A stretch of DNA of 32,000 nt from Delftia acidovorans NBRC 14950 (GTDB taxonomy: Bacteria > Pseudomonadota > Gammaproteobacteria > Burkholderiales > Burkholderiaceae_C), in contig NZ_BCZP01000005.1 in NCBI RefSeq assembly GCF_001598795.1, positions 1 through 32,000 on the forward strand, read 5' to 3'. Made by a program: the position numbers and the translations under genes. Shown here piece by piece: positions 1 to 7,471 of the stretch (its first letter is position 1; every line of letters starts with the position of its first letter). The notes under the pieces were generated by a model. It searched no databases. It was given only the letters and a program-made list of their open reading frames with translations, and had not been told where the DNA came from.

Positions 1-384
1 AAAGGCCACGAACTATCCACACCTCCGAGTCGTGGCCAACAAGTCTGGAGAACAGCGCTGGTGGGCGCGCGGGCATTGCGGCAGTCATAAAAAACCCTAT
101 CGACCGTCACCAATCGCTACTTACAGGGGTTCGAGGAACGCGGAGGTAGCGCGCGCCCGAAGCGAACAAGGGACAACGCGAATGGCGTGCGGTCAATGCA
201 CCTTACGTCATACCCATGCGCCTTGTATGTGCGGAAGGAGACCGAATGAAATCAAGGCTACTCCTCACCAATCGAGGCCGAACAGGCCCGCTTGGCAACA
301 GCACGCAAGGCGCTGCGCAGGTTCGGCAGATGCGCAAAGACCAAGCCTGCAGGCCTACCGAAAAACAGCAGGAGGACGCCCAGC

Positions 385-534
385 ATGACTAGTTGGGTCT
401 CCCTTGAAAGGGCTTCGGATCTCACGGGGCTGCCCGTGAGCCACTTCCATAAGCGCGCAGAAGCCTCCGGCTCCTACGTGAACTGGCCAACATCATCAAA
501 CAAGGAACAAGGAAAACGACATGACGCCAACTGA
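385..534 (+). CDS. Small hypothetical protein, possibly an AlpA/excisionase-like HTH (49 aa)
   Basis: Internal ATG of ORF 292-534, preceded by AGGAGGA about 8 nt upstream. The peptide MTSWVSLERASDLTGLPVSHFHKRAE resembles short island HTH proteins. The 3' end overlaps the next ORF start by 14 nt. Confidence 0.3.
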   Translation: MTSWVSLERASDLTGLPVSHFHKRAEASGSYVNWPTSSNKEQGKRHDAN

Positions 535-763
535 AGCCATGGAGGCCAAGATCGAGGTGCTGACCTATGCTGTTCAGTCCCTATGCTTGCAGCTCGGTGG
601 CCGGCTCACGCGCCAGCAATTTGCTGAGCGTATGGGCGTCCACAGAAACACGCTCAGCAACATGCTTGCAAGGGATCGGTCTATGCCCAGGCCTGGGAAG
701 GATGGGAAGTGGCTGCTCTCAGAGGTGATGGATTGGGAGATCCGGCGCCGGCGCCAGGGGTAG
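521..763 (+). CDS. HTH DNA-binding protein (excisionase/regulator-like, 80 aa)
   Basis: The segment LTRQQFAERMGVHRNTLSNMLARD looks like a helix-turn-helix, and the gene lies next to the integrase. Its 3' end overlaps the integrase 3' end convergently by 83 nt, so one of the two termini may be over-called. Confidence 0.45.
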   Translation: MTPTEAMEAKIEVLTYAVQSLCLQLGGRLTRQQFAERMGVHRNTLSNMLARDRSMPRPGKDGKWLLSEVMDWEIRRRRQG

Positions 764-1778
764 GCGCGTCCAGCCTGTCCGCGATCTGCTCTGCAGTCGG
801 GTTGTAGTAGGTCATGGCCCGCTTCGGGTCAGACCACCCAAACATTTTGCAGAGGTCGAGCAGGTGGAGCTTCTGGGCAATGCGTGTCGCCGCGGTATGC
901 CGCGAATCGTGAAAGGTGAAACCAGACAGCCCGGCGCGCTCTCGGCACCGACGAAAGATCACATCCAATGTCCCCTCACCGATGCCGAAGACGAACTCGC
1001 TGTCGTAGCCGCGCATGCTCTCGATGTTCCGGCCGGCAGACTTGCTCAGAGGAACGATGCGGCCCTGGCCCGTCTTGGTCTTTCCTTGGCGCAAGATGCA
1101 GTGCGATGTCCTTACGTCTTCCCAGCGGAGGTTTGCAATCTCGCCTGCACGCATCCCAGTGAGCAACGCATGGATGAAGCAACGGGCAACTACATGCTTT
1201 TTCTGGGTCAATGGCCCACCAGACGACCAGCCCATGGCGCGCAGCATGCATCTCACCTCGAAGTCGGATATGACGCGCTCGCGGTTCATAGGAGCGCTTG
1301 GCCGCTTCACGTCCGCCATCGGGTTACGCTCGATCCAGTGCCACTCTCGGCGCGCCTCTTCCAAGATGGAGCTCAACAGGCCCATCTCGCGGATCACCGT
1401 TCCGTCTTTGACAGCCTTCCTGCGCTCGTTCTTCCAGCCGATCAAGTCTTGCTCATCAAGCTCAGACATCGGCCGGTCACCTGGCCACTTCGGGTGCTTC
1501 ATGAATGCCTCGATTCGAAGCAGCTCCCATCTCCAGCCGCGCTTCAATGGGGAGACTTCCTCCTTGTACCGCAGCACCGCGTCATTGAGGGTCTTGGTCT
1601 CTCCCAGCAGCCGCGCCCCTGCCTTCCCCCCAGCTGCTGCAGCAAGCAACTCAACGCGACGATGCGCCGCCCACTCGTTGCACTCCCGTGCGGTGGGGAA
1701 CGTTGCGGCATCCCTCACCCCCTTCACGTTGATCTGTATTCGGTAGGTGCCGGAGGCAGTTTTCTTGGGCTTCGCCAT
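681..1778 (-). CDS. int: Tyrosine-type site-specific integrase (365 aa)
   Basis: The N-terminal arm-type region is MAKPKKTASGTYRIQINVKG. The catalytic region carries LLTGMRAGEI (Arg), HDSRHTAAT (H-x-x-R) and a terminal MTYYNP Tyr. The tail after ADRLD is low-complexity and may be read-through. Confidence 0.9.
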   Translation of the reverse strand: MAKPKKTASGTYRIQINVKGVRDAATFPTARECNEWAAHRRVELLAAAAGGKAGARLLGETKTLNDAVLRYKEEVSPLKRGWRWELLRIEAFMKHPKWPGDRPMSELDEQDLIGWKNERRKAVKDGTVIREMGLLSSILEEARREWHWIERNPMADVKRPSAPMNRERVISDFEVRCMLRAMGWSSGGPLTQKKHVVARCFIHALLTGMRAGEIANLRWEDVRTSHCILRQGKTKTGQGRIVPLSKSAGRNIESMRGYDSEFVFGIGEGTLDVIFRRCRERAGLSGFTFHDSRHTAATRIAQKLHLLDLCKMFGWSDPKRAMTYYNPTAEQIADRLDAPTPGAGAGSPNPSPLRAATSHPSQAWA

Positions 1779-1942
1779 GGGGGAAAAGTGGGGGAAATTG
1801 GGGGCAAACGTTGTGCAAACATGTATTTCCGCTGCACATGCCGCTTTTTGGAACGATCATAACTTGTTGATTTGTATGACTTTGTGCAACGTGCGCACAT
1901 ACCAACACAGCTATTCGGTTCCTTTCTCCGGCACCAAACAAG

Positions 1943-1975
1943 AAGCCCCAGATTCGCAAGAGTCTGGGGCTTTTT
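1943..1975. terminator. Rho-independent terminator hairpin, potentially bidirectional
   Basis: AAGCCCCAGA (1943-1952) pairs with TCTGGGGCTT (1963-1972). TTTTT follows on the plus strand and TTCTTGTTT on the minus strand. It lies 8 nt downstream of the MFS stop codon (minus strand). Confidence 0.7.
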
Positions 1976-1982
1976 CGTTGGG

Positions 1983-3230
1983 TCATGCTTGTGGCTTCGC
2001 GCCTGCTGCGCGCGCCGCCATCCGCACCGCGAGGGCCGACAGTACGGCGCTACCGCCCGCCAGCAGGATGGACGATGTGTAGCTGCCCGACAGATCGAAC
2101 AGCAGCCCCGCCAGACTGCCCCCTGCCACGGCAGCAATACCGACCGACACGTAGAGCGCACCCAGAATGGCGCCCAGGCTCCGCGTGCCAAACCAGGTGG
2201 CAGCCACGGCCGGATACAGCGCGATGCAGCCGCCATTGACCGCACCGAATGCCAACGCGAATCCCGCCAGGGCCGTGAAGCCATGCGCCATGGACCACAG
2301 CCCGCACAGCAGGGCCAGACTCGCGGTCAGCACCATCAGAAAGCGCAGCGGTCCCATCCTGTCGCCCAGCCGCCCCAGCACCAGACGCCCGAGCACATTG
2401 CCGACGCCGATCAGCCCGATCAGCAGATTGGCCTGCGCGGCAGGCAGCCCCTGCTGACGTGCCAGCGGATTGATGTGGATCAGCGCCAGGAACAGGCCGA
2501 TGGAGCCGAAGAAGATGGCGGCGAAATACCACCAAAAGCGCGCCTGCCGGGCCACTTGCCCCAGGCCTACACCCACCACGCCCTGGCAGGTCTGCCCAGC
2601 AGCCTTGGCGCCGCCGGGTTGGATGCCATCGGGATGCAGGCCCAGCTCCTCGGGCCTGCTGCGCAGGGCGGCTGCGGCAGTCAGGCCGGCCAGTGCGATG
2701 GCTGCGGCATAGACCTGCATGGTCAGTTGCCAGGACAGATGCTCCATGAGTGCGCCGGCCACCACGGGCCCGAGCAGGGTTCCAAGTCCGGTGCCGGCAA
2801 GCGCGATACCCGAAGCCGAACTGCGCCGCAGCACGAACCAGCGCTGAATGGTGGAGACAGCAGGCACGTAGACCAGACCAACTCCCAGCCCGACCAGCGC
2901 ACAGAAGGCCCCCAGGAAAGCCGCCAGCGATGATGTCAGCAGGCTGCTGGCCACAAAGCCCAGCGACAGCAACACAATGCCGGCCGAGGTGACAGTGCGC
3001 ACCGAGCTCCTGTCGCTCCAGGCGCCCGAGAACACGCCGACGGCGTAGTAGATCAGTGCCGTCAATGAAAAGATGGAAGCCGTGGAGAAGCTGCTGGCGC
3101 CGAACTGTGCCTGGATGCTGGCAAAAAACGCCCCGAACGAATAGGCGGCACCAAAAATCAGCGCCAGCAGCACATGGACAGCGCCCACGATGTACCAACC
3201 CCGGAACAGCCTGCCTCGGTCCATATGCAT
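1983..3230 (-). CDS. MFS transporter, oxalate/formate-antiporter-like or monocarboxylate-type (415 aa)
   Basis: About 12 predicted hydrophobic helices with a central hydrophilic loop (RSRPEELGLHPDGIQPGG) and an MFS-style GRLGDR motif. GGAG precedes the ATG at 3230. An alternative ATG lies at 3224. Confidence 0.9.
   Translation of the reverse strand: MHMDRGRLFRGWYIVGAVHVLLALIFGAAYSFGAFFASIQAQFGASSFSTASIFSLTALIYYAVGVFSGAWSDRSSVRTVTSAGIVLLSLGFVASSLLTSSLAAFLGAFCALVGLGVGLVYVPAVSTIQRWFVLRRSSASGIALAGTGLGTLLGPVVAGALMEHLSWQLTMQVYAAAIALAGLTAAAALRSRPEELGLHPDGIQPGGAKAAGQTCQGVVGVGLGQVARQARFWWYFAAIFFGSIGLFLALIHINPLARQQGLPAAQANLLIGLIGVGNVLGRLVLGRLGDRMGPLRFLMVLTASLALLCGLWSMAHGFTALAGFALAFGAVNGGCIALYPAVAATWFGTRSLGAILGALYVSVGIAAVAGGSLAGLLFDLSGSYTSSILLAGGSAVLSALAVRMAARAAGAKPQA
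3135..3224. repeat. Copy A of a 90-bp direct repeat (the 5' end of the MFS gene)
   Basis: Aligns without gaps to 6410-6499. I counted 79 of 90 identical positions by eye. Confidence 0.85.
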
Positions 3231-3947
3231 CTCCTTGATAGGGCTGACTGTAGTTGTCTATACATGCTCAGACATTAAGTATCAACCCGGAGATCAGAGG
3301 CAAGCGAGATCACCGGCAATTGCCCGTCAGAGGTCAGGCAAGCTCAACGAGCCGCCTAACCACCAACGGCCGATCGGTGCTTCGCCTGGAGGCGGCGCCT
3401 TCCCTCTGCGCCGGAACCGCGCAGCCTCTCACTTTCAAATTCAGCCCCGAGCAGCCCCCCCTTCCCCTCCTTCAGGCATGCGGGACAGCGCCGGGCGCCG
3501 GACATCTGGAATCTGCAGTCAGTACCTGGTTTCAGCAATATGTCGCGCATATGCATTGAACAGGTTTTCCAACCATTCGCATCAGACGCATATTTTTCTG
3601 TCTTATATTCTTGATTCGCACAATGCTATTGATAACAAGAAATCAATCAATCACCAAAAACCAACAGCAGCATGTTCAATCGACATAATCAACGACTATT
3701 GCAAATGAATTATCAAGAATCATGAAAAATATAAGCATTTACTGATGATCACCAAAAACACATCTCTTGTCCGTCTTCCTCCTCTGAAGAAGAAAATAAA
3801 TGACCAATGAAAGCACTTGAATCCGGTCACACAACGAAAAACCGCCTCAGCAATTTCTTCTTGAAAACTTCTTACAATCCATCGATATTCCCGCCTACCT
3901 GATGCGCTCAGCATCCACTCCAGGCCTTTCCTTCCCGTATTGAATCC

Positions 3948-4634
3948 ATGCTGTTTTCCGGCCAGAATCCGCCGCCCGACATACATGACCAACTGTCTTC
4001 CGTTTCAAGGCAAGACCGGGAGATACTCCATGGTCATAAAGCGGTTGCGATATGGTTGACCGGACTTTCGGGGTCCGGCAAATCGACCATCGCCAATGCG
4101 CTGCAGGCGCATCTGCACGCGGCCGGCCGGCGTACCTATGTGCTGGACGGAGACAACATCCGCAGCCGGCTGAACCGCGATCTGGGCTTTTCCGAAGAAG
4201 ACCGGGCGGAGAACATACGCAGGGTCTCGGAGGTCGCCCGGCTTTTCGTGGATGCGGGCACGATCGTGATCGCGGCCTTCATTTCCCCTTTCCGTAGCGA
4301 GCGCGACACTGCCAGGGCCTTGTTCGACAAGGGTGACTTCCTGGAGGTGTTCGTGGATGTTCCCCTGTCCGTTGCCGAGCGGCGGGACCCCAAGGGCCTG
4401 TACAGAAAAGCGCGCCGCGGCGAACTGCGTCAGTTCACCGGAATCGACTCGCCCTATGAACCCCCTGTGGCAGCGGAGCTGACCCTGCGCACGGACCAGC
4501 TCAGCGTGGCCGCATGTGTTTCGCGCCTGCAGGCGTTGCTGCTGCACGGGCAGCCGACTGCGCCGGGCACGCCCATCCAGGGCATGGCGCCGCTGATGAC
4601 CTGCCCCCTGCCACTGGCCAAGGCGCTGCAATGA
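3948..4634 (+). CDS. cysC: Adenylyl-sulfate (APS) kinase (228 aa)
   Basis: Near-canonical CysC sequence: [22 protein letters not shown] (P-loop), [32 protein letters not shown], and RDPKGLYKKAR-like [14 protein letters not shown]. Confidence 0.92.
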   Translation: MLFSGQNPPPDIHDQLSSVSRQDREILHGHKAVAIWLTGLSGSGKSTIANALQAHLHAAGRRTYVLDGDNIRSRLNRDLGFSEEDRAENIRRVSEVARLFVDAGTIVIAAFISPFRSERDTARALFDKGDFLEVFVDVPLSVAERRDPKGLYRKARRGELRQFTGIDSPYEPPVAAELTLRTDQLSVAACVSRLQALLLHGQPTAPGTPIQGMAPLMTCPLPLAKALQ

Positions 4635-5266
4635 ATGCCAGGCCCGCCCTGCCCTGCGCGCATGAAGACGCCTGTGCCGGCACGCCCCTGTTTGCGCGGC
4701 TTGATGCCAGGGTTGCGCTGCAGGCGCTGCGCGAGGAGGTGGATGCGCTGCTGTCCTCGCCATGGTGCGACCACGTGAACCACGGCGGCTACGAAGGCGT
4801 ATGGCGTGTGATGCCGCTGCGCTGCCAGCGCCAGCATGTGGCGGCCCACCCCATTCTCCAAAGCTTCTCCATCGAGGAACCCGAGGAGGATTGGGAGGAC
4901 CTGCCCCTGCTGCAGCACTGCCCCGCCATACGCCAGGTGCTGGAGCAACTGCAGTGCCCGCTGCGCTCTGTGCGCCTGATGCAGCTGAAGGCCGGCTCAT
5001 CCATCAAGCCGCATCGCGACCGTGGGCTGGGCCTGGCGCATGGCCAGGCCCGGCTGCATGTACCCGTGCACACACATCCCGATGTGCAGTTCATCGTGGA
5101 AGGCCGCACGATCCCCATGGCCGCAGGGGAGCTCTGGTATTTCAATGCCGATGCCACGCATGAAGTGGTGAACCGGGGCACCCGGGACCGCACCCACCTG
5201 GTCATCGACTGCCTTGCCAACGCCTGGCTGGCAGACAGCATCGGCAAGGGACACGCCCATGCATGA
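4631..5266 (+). CDS. Aspartyl/asparaginyl beta-hydroxylase-family (cupin, Fe/2OG-type) protein (211 aa)
   Basis: Its ATG overlaps the cysC stop codon (ATGA at 4631-4634). IKPHRD and ATHEVVN provide an H-x-D...H metal motif, and LHVPV...F.V.G matches my recollection of the Asp_Arg_Hydrox family. There is no TM segment or signal peptide. Confidence 0.75.
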   Translation: MNARPALPCAHEDACAGTPLFARLDARVALQALREEVDALLSSPWCDHVNHGGYEGVWRVMPLRCQRQHVAAHPILQSFSIEEPEEDWEDLPLLQHCPAIRQVLEQLQCPLRSVRLMQLKAGSSIKPHRDRGLGLAHGQARLHVPVHTHPDVQFIVEGRTIPMAAGELWYFNADATHEVVNRGTRDRTHLVIDCLANAWLADSIGKGHAHA

Positions 5267-6419
5267 GCTGCAGGCGGCCTTTGCCGAACTGATCGCAAGC
5301 CCCCGGCAGCACACCCTGTTCCAGCAGGCCAGGAGCATGGAGTCGCTACTGGTGCAGCTGCGCCTGCTGTGGTGTCTTCCCGCCTGGAACGATGGTCGCC
5401 TCATGCAGGCGCTGCAGCAGTTGAACCAGGCGGCTGCCGTGCCAACTGCCGCACTGCTGGCCGGTGGCTGGCTGCCACACAGGTATGAGGCACGCACGCG
5501 CAGCATCCTTTGGTGCCTGCCGGACGGCCCTGCCACCGAGCCGTTTCATGACGAGTACATCAGCCGCTGCCTGCAGCGCAGGCTGCTGAACCAGTTCATC
5601 CGGCCGCGCACGCCGCTGGCCGGCCTGTGCGCGGAATCCCTTCCCAGGCCCGGGGGCCATCCGCCTGCCGGCTTCATCTTCCACCTCTCGCGCTGCGGCT
5701 CCACCCTGGTCTCGGGCTGCCTTTCCGAACTGGACGGCACGCTGGTCCTGTCGGAGCCACCTGTATTCACCGAGCTGCTGCTGGACAGCTCACTGGACCG
5801 GGCGCAAAAGCGCGATGGCATTGCCGGCCTGGTGTCGGCCATCACCGTGGCCGTGCCGGGGCGCCGTAACCTGGTGGTCAAGTGGAATGCCTGGGACATT
5901 TTCCAGTGGGAGCTGCTGCACGATCTCTACCCCGAGGTGCCCAGCCTGATGCTGGTCCGCGATCCTGTGGAGATCCTGGCCTCACACCACAAACAGGCCG
6001 GCCGGCACATGTCGGGCGACCCGTCGCTGGCTGGCGCTGGTCCGGTTTTCTGTTCCGGCAGTGGCAGCCAGCCCGTTGTCTCCATGCTCGACCACCGCGT
6101 GCGCGTGCTGCAGGCAATGATGGAGCGGATGCGGGATCTGCACGAAAGCCAGGGCGTTCCTGTGCTGCACTACCGCCAGCTGGATGCCGAAGCCATGGAG
6201 CATATAGCCCGGCGCTTCGACCTGCACGCAGGCGAGGCAGCGCGCCAGCGCATCGCCGCACGCCTTCGCCAGCATGCCAAGGCGCTGGACCAGCGCTTCG
6301 AGCCTGACGGGCGGGACAAGGCGGCCGTCTTTGGCGAAAGCGAACGCCAGGACATCGAAGCGCGCCTGGGCCCGCTGCACGCACAGCTGCTGCGGCGCGC
6401 ACAACCCGTGAACGAATAG
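5259..6419 (+). CDS. Sulfotransferase-like protein with an uncharacterised N-terminal extension of about 135 aa (386 aa)
   Basis: The ATG has AAGGGA upstream and overlaps the preceding stop by 8 nt. FIFHLSRCGSTLVSGCL (5673-5723) resembles the PAPS 5'-phosphosulfate-binding loop of bacterial sulfotransferases (x-S/R-x-G-S/T-T-L). The stop codon TAG (6417-6419) lies inside the MFS-relic repeat. Confidence 0.65.
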   Translation: MHELQAAFAELIASPRQHTLFQQARSMESLLVQLRLLWCLPAWNDGRLMQALQQLNQAAAVPTAALLAGGWLPHRYEARTRSILWCLPDGPATEPFHDEYISRCLQRRLLNQFIRPRTPLAGLCAESLPRPGGHPPAGFIFHLSRCGSTLVSGCLSELDGTLVLSEPPVFTELLLDSSLDRAQKRDGIAGLVSAITVAVPGRRNLVVKWNAWDIFQWELLHDLYPEVPSLMLVRDPVEILASHHKQAGRHMSGDPSLAGAGPVFCSGSGSQPVVSMLDHRVRVLQAMMERMRDLHESQGVPVLHYRQLDAEAMEHIARRFDLHAGEAARQRIAARLRQHAKALDQRFEPDGRDKAAVFGESERQDIEARLGPLHAQLLRRAQPVNE

Positions 6420-6499
6420 GCCGCGCCAAAGATCAGCGCCAGCAGCACATGGACAGCGCCCACGGTGTACCAGCCCCGGAAAAGTCTGTCTCGCCTCAT
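6410..6499 (-). pseudogene. Relic 5' fragment of an MFS transporter gene (copy B of the 90-bp repeat)
   Basis: Encodes MRRDRLFRGWYTVGAVHVLLALIFGAAYSF, versus MDRGRLFRGWYIVGAVHVLLALIFGAAYSF in the intact gene. It keeps GAGGAGG plus the ATG. Homology stops abruptly at 6410, where the sulfotransferase 3' end abuts. Confidence 0.8.
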
Positions 6500-6842
6500 G
6501 TACACCTCCTCGGTGTGCTCACCCGCCCGCCCTGTGCCCCACATTTGGCAGCGCGTGGCTTTCTGGAGCTTCATTGCAATCTTGGCGTGCGCCACAGGCA
6601 CCATTTCCGTGGCACATCCGGCTGCCACGGCACTCACCGTCACTGCATTGGTCAGTTGCGGAGCATGGTCGAAAAACCGCGAGAAAAACAGACTGCAGGC
6701 GCTTGCCGCTGCCCACAACGGCGAGTCGATCTGCGGCTTTGCCCGTTCCTTTGATTTGCGCAGCACAGATCCTTTGGTAGTCCGCGCTGTGTATGCACAG
6801 CTTCAGTCTGAAGCGGCACCGCAGGCCACCGCATTTCATTGA
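6498..6842 (+). CDS. Hypothetical small membrane protein (114 aa), doubtful
   Basis: Open frame with one hydrophobic stretch (VAFWSFIAILACATG). Third-position GC is only about 65% by my count, clearly below neighbouring genes. There is no convincing RBS. It may simply be the orphaned promoter/leader of the MFS relic. Confidence 0.2.
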   Translation: MYTSSVCSPARPVPHIWQRVAFWSFIAILACATGTISVAHPAATALTVTALVSCGAWSKNREKNRLQALAAAHNGESICGFARSFDLRSTDPLVVRAVYAQLQSEAAPQATAFH

Positions 6843-6887
6843 CGACAGTGCCTTGCTCAGAGCACGGCACAGACCGCTGCAACGCCC

Positions 6888-7457
6888 TCAGGAAATCACA
6901 TTCCGGATGAACCGCGTCACGCCTTCGTGCAGGTTCACATAGGCGTAGTCCTGGGCGCTGCCGTAGATGGCGTAGTCGCCGGCCTCGATGGTCATGGGAC
7001 CCTCGCTCAGGTCCACCAGCAGGCGGCCTTCGACCACGACGATCATCTCGTGCCAGCCTTCCGGGTCAGGTTCGGCCTGGTAGCGTTCGCCGGGCCCAAG
7101 GGACCAGGACCACAGCTGAGCCTCGCGCGTGGCGGGCACGCTGCCCAGCAGCATGGCCTGGCTTTCGGGCCGGGTGCCGCGCCAGGCCATGGCGTCCATG
7201 CGCAGGCGCTGCGCGGCCGGGTCGCTGACGATTTCTATGAAGCTGGCGCCCAGCGCGTCGGCCAGCCGATCCAGGCTGGACAGGCTGATGTTGGTGTCGC
7301 CGCCTTCCAGCTGCACGACCATGCGCCGGCTCAGGCCTGCGGCCTCGGCCAGGGCCGCCTGGCTCAGTCCTGCACGCTGGCGAAGGCGGCGCAGGTTTTC
7401 GCTGACGAAAGCCAGGACATCGGAGCGCTCGCCAGCGCTGTGCAATATATTTCTCAT
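6888..7457 (-). CDS. XRE-family HTH transcriptional regulator with a C-terminal cupin domain (189 aa)
   Basis: The HTH is LRRLRQRAGLSQAALAEAAGLSRRMVVQLEGG. The cupin-like C-terminus is HEMIVVVEGRLLV...GDYAIY. The start was chosen at ATG 7457. An upstream ATG at 7487 would overlap the divergent gene. Confidence 0.85.
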   Translation of the reverse strand: MRNILHSAGERSDVLAFVSENLRRLRQRAGLSQAALAEAAGLSRRMVVQLEGGDTNISLSSLDRLADALGASFIEIVSDPAAQRLRMDAMAWRGTRPESQAMLLGSVPATREAQLWSWSLGPGERYQAEPDPEGWHEMIVVVEGRLLVDLSEGPMTIEAGDYAIYGSAQDYAYVNLHEGVTRFIRNVIS

Positions 7458-7471
7458 ATGATCTGCGCAAT

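Larger units (their letters stand above)
1..1940. mobile_element. Right-hand terminus of an integrase-bearing genomic island or prophage-like element that continues leftwards out of the window
   Basis: A tyrosine integrase (681-1778, minus) sits next to two small HTH-type ORFs (385-763, plus). GC is visibly lower than in the flanking chromosome. A lower-GC spacer (1779-1940) precedes the first housekeeping-style gene. No att repeat can be defined because the other end is outside the window. Confidence 0.5.

Noticed and set aside
32-388. The 118-aa ORF at the left edge of the window.
   Set aside because: Its translation is Arg/Ala/Cys-rich with no motif and an atypical composition. It overlaps the better-supported small HTH ORF start region. 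Context to the left is missing.
1780-1805. G-rich tracts considered as a G-quadruplex.
   Set aside because: Only three G5 runs are present, and a canonical intramolecular G4 needs four. They are kept only as possible protein-binding or bending elements.
1914-1936. The tRNA-3'-end-like string TTCGGTTCCTTTCTCCGGCACCA next to the integrase, considered as a possible tRNA fragment or att core.
   Set aside because: The would-be T-loop (TTCGGTT) lacks the conserved purine-A pattern. No complementary T-stem or acceptor 5' strand exists upstream. No full tRNA is present. The resemblance is limited to a terminal CCA and may be chance.
3190-3708. ORFs 3190-3708 and 3254-3559 (plus) and 3720-3992 (minus) in the MFS-cysC spacer.
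   Set aside because: The first begins antisense inside the MFS gene; the same MYQPR artefact recurs at the relic, 6465. All three have low-complexity or AT-driven translations, no RBS and no motifs.
4005-5000. Long antisense or off-frame ORFs throughout the window. Examples: 4005-5000 (minus), 864-1862 (plus), 9030-10532 (minus), 13168-15156 (minus), 15693-17387 (minus), 17323-19350 (minus), 20512-22761 (plus), 23957-25828 (plus), 26154-29072 (minus), 29626-31131 (minus).
   Set aside because: They are typical stop-codon-poor shadow frames of high-GC DNA. Their translations are Arg/Ala/Gly/Pro-rich with no recognisable motifs. Each one overlaps a frame that carries clear family signatures.
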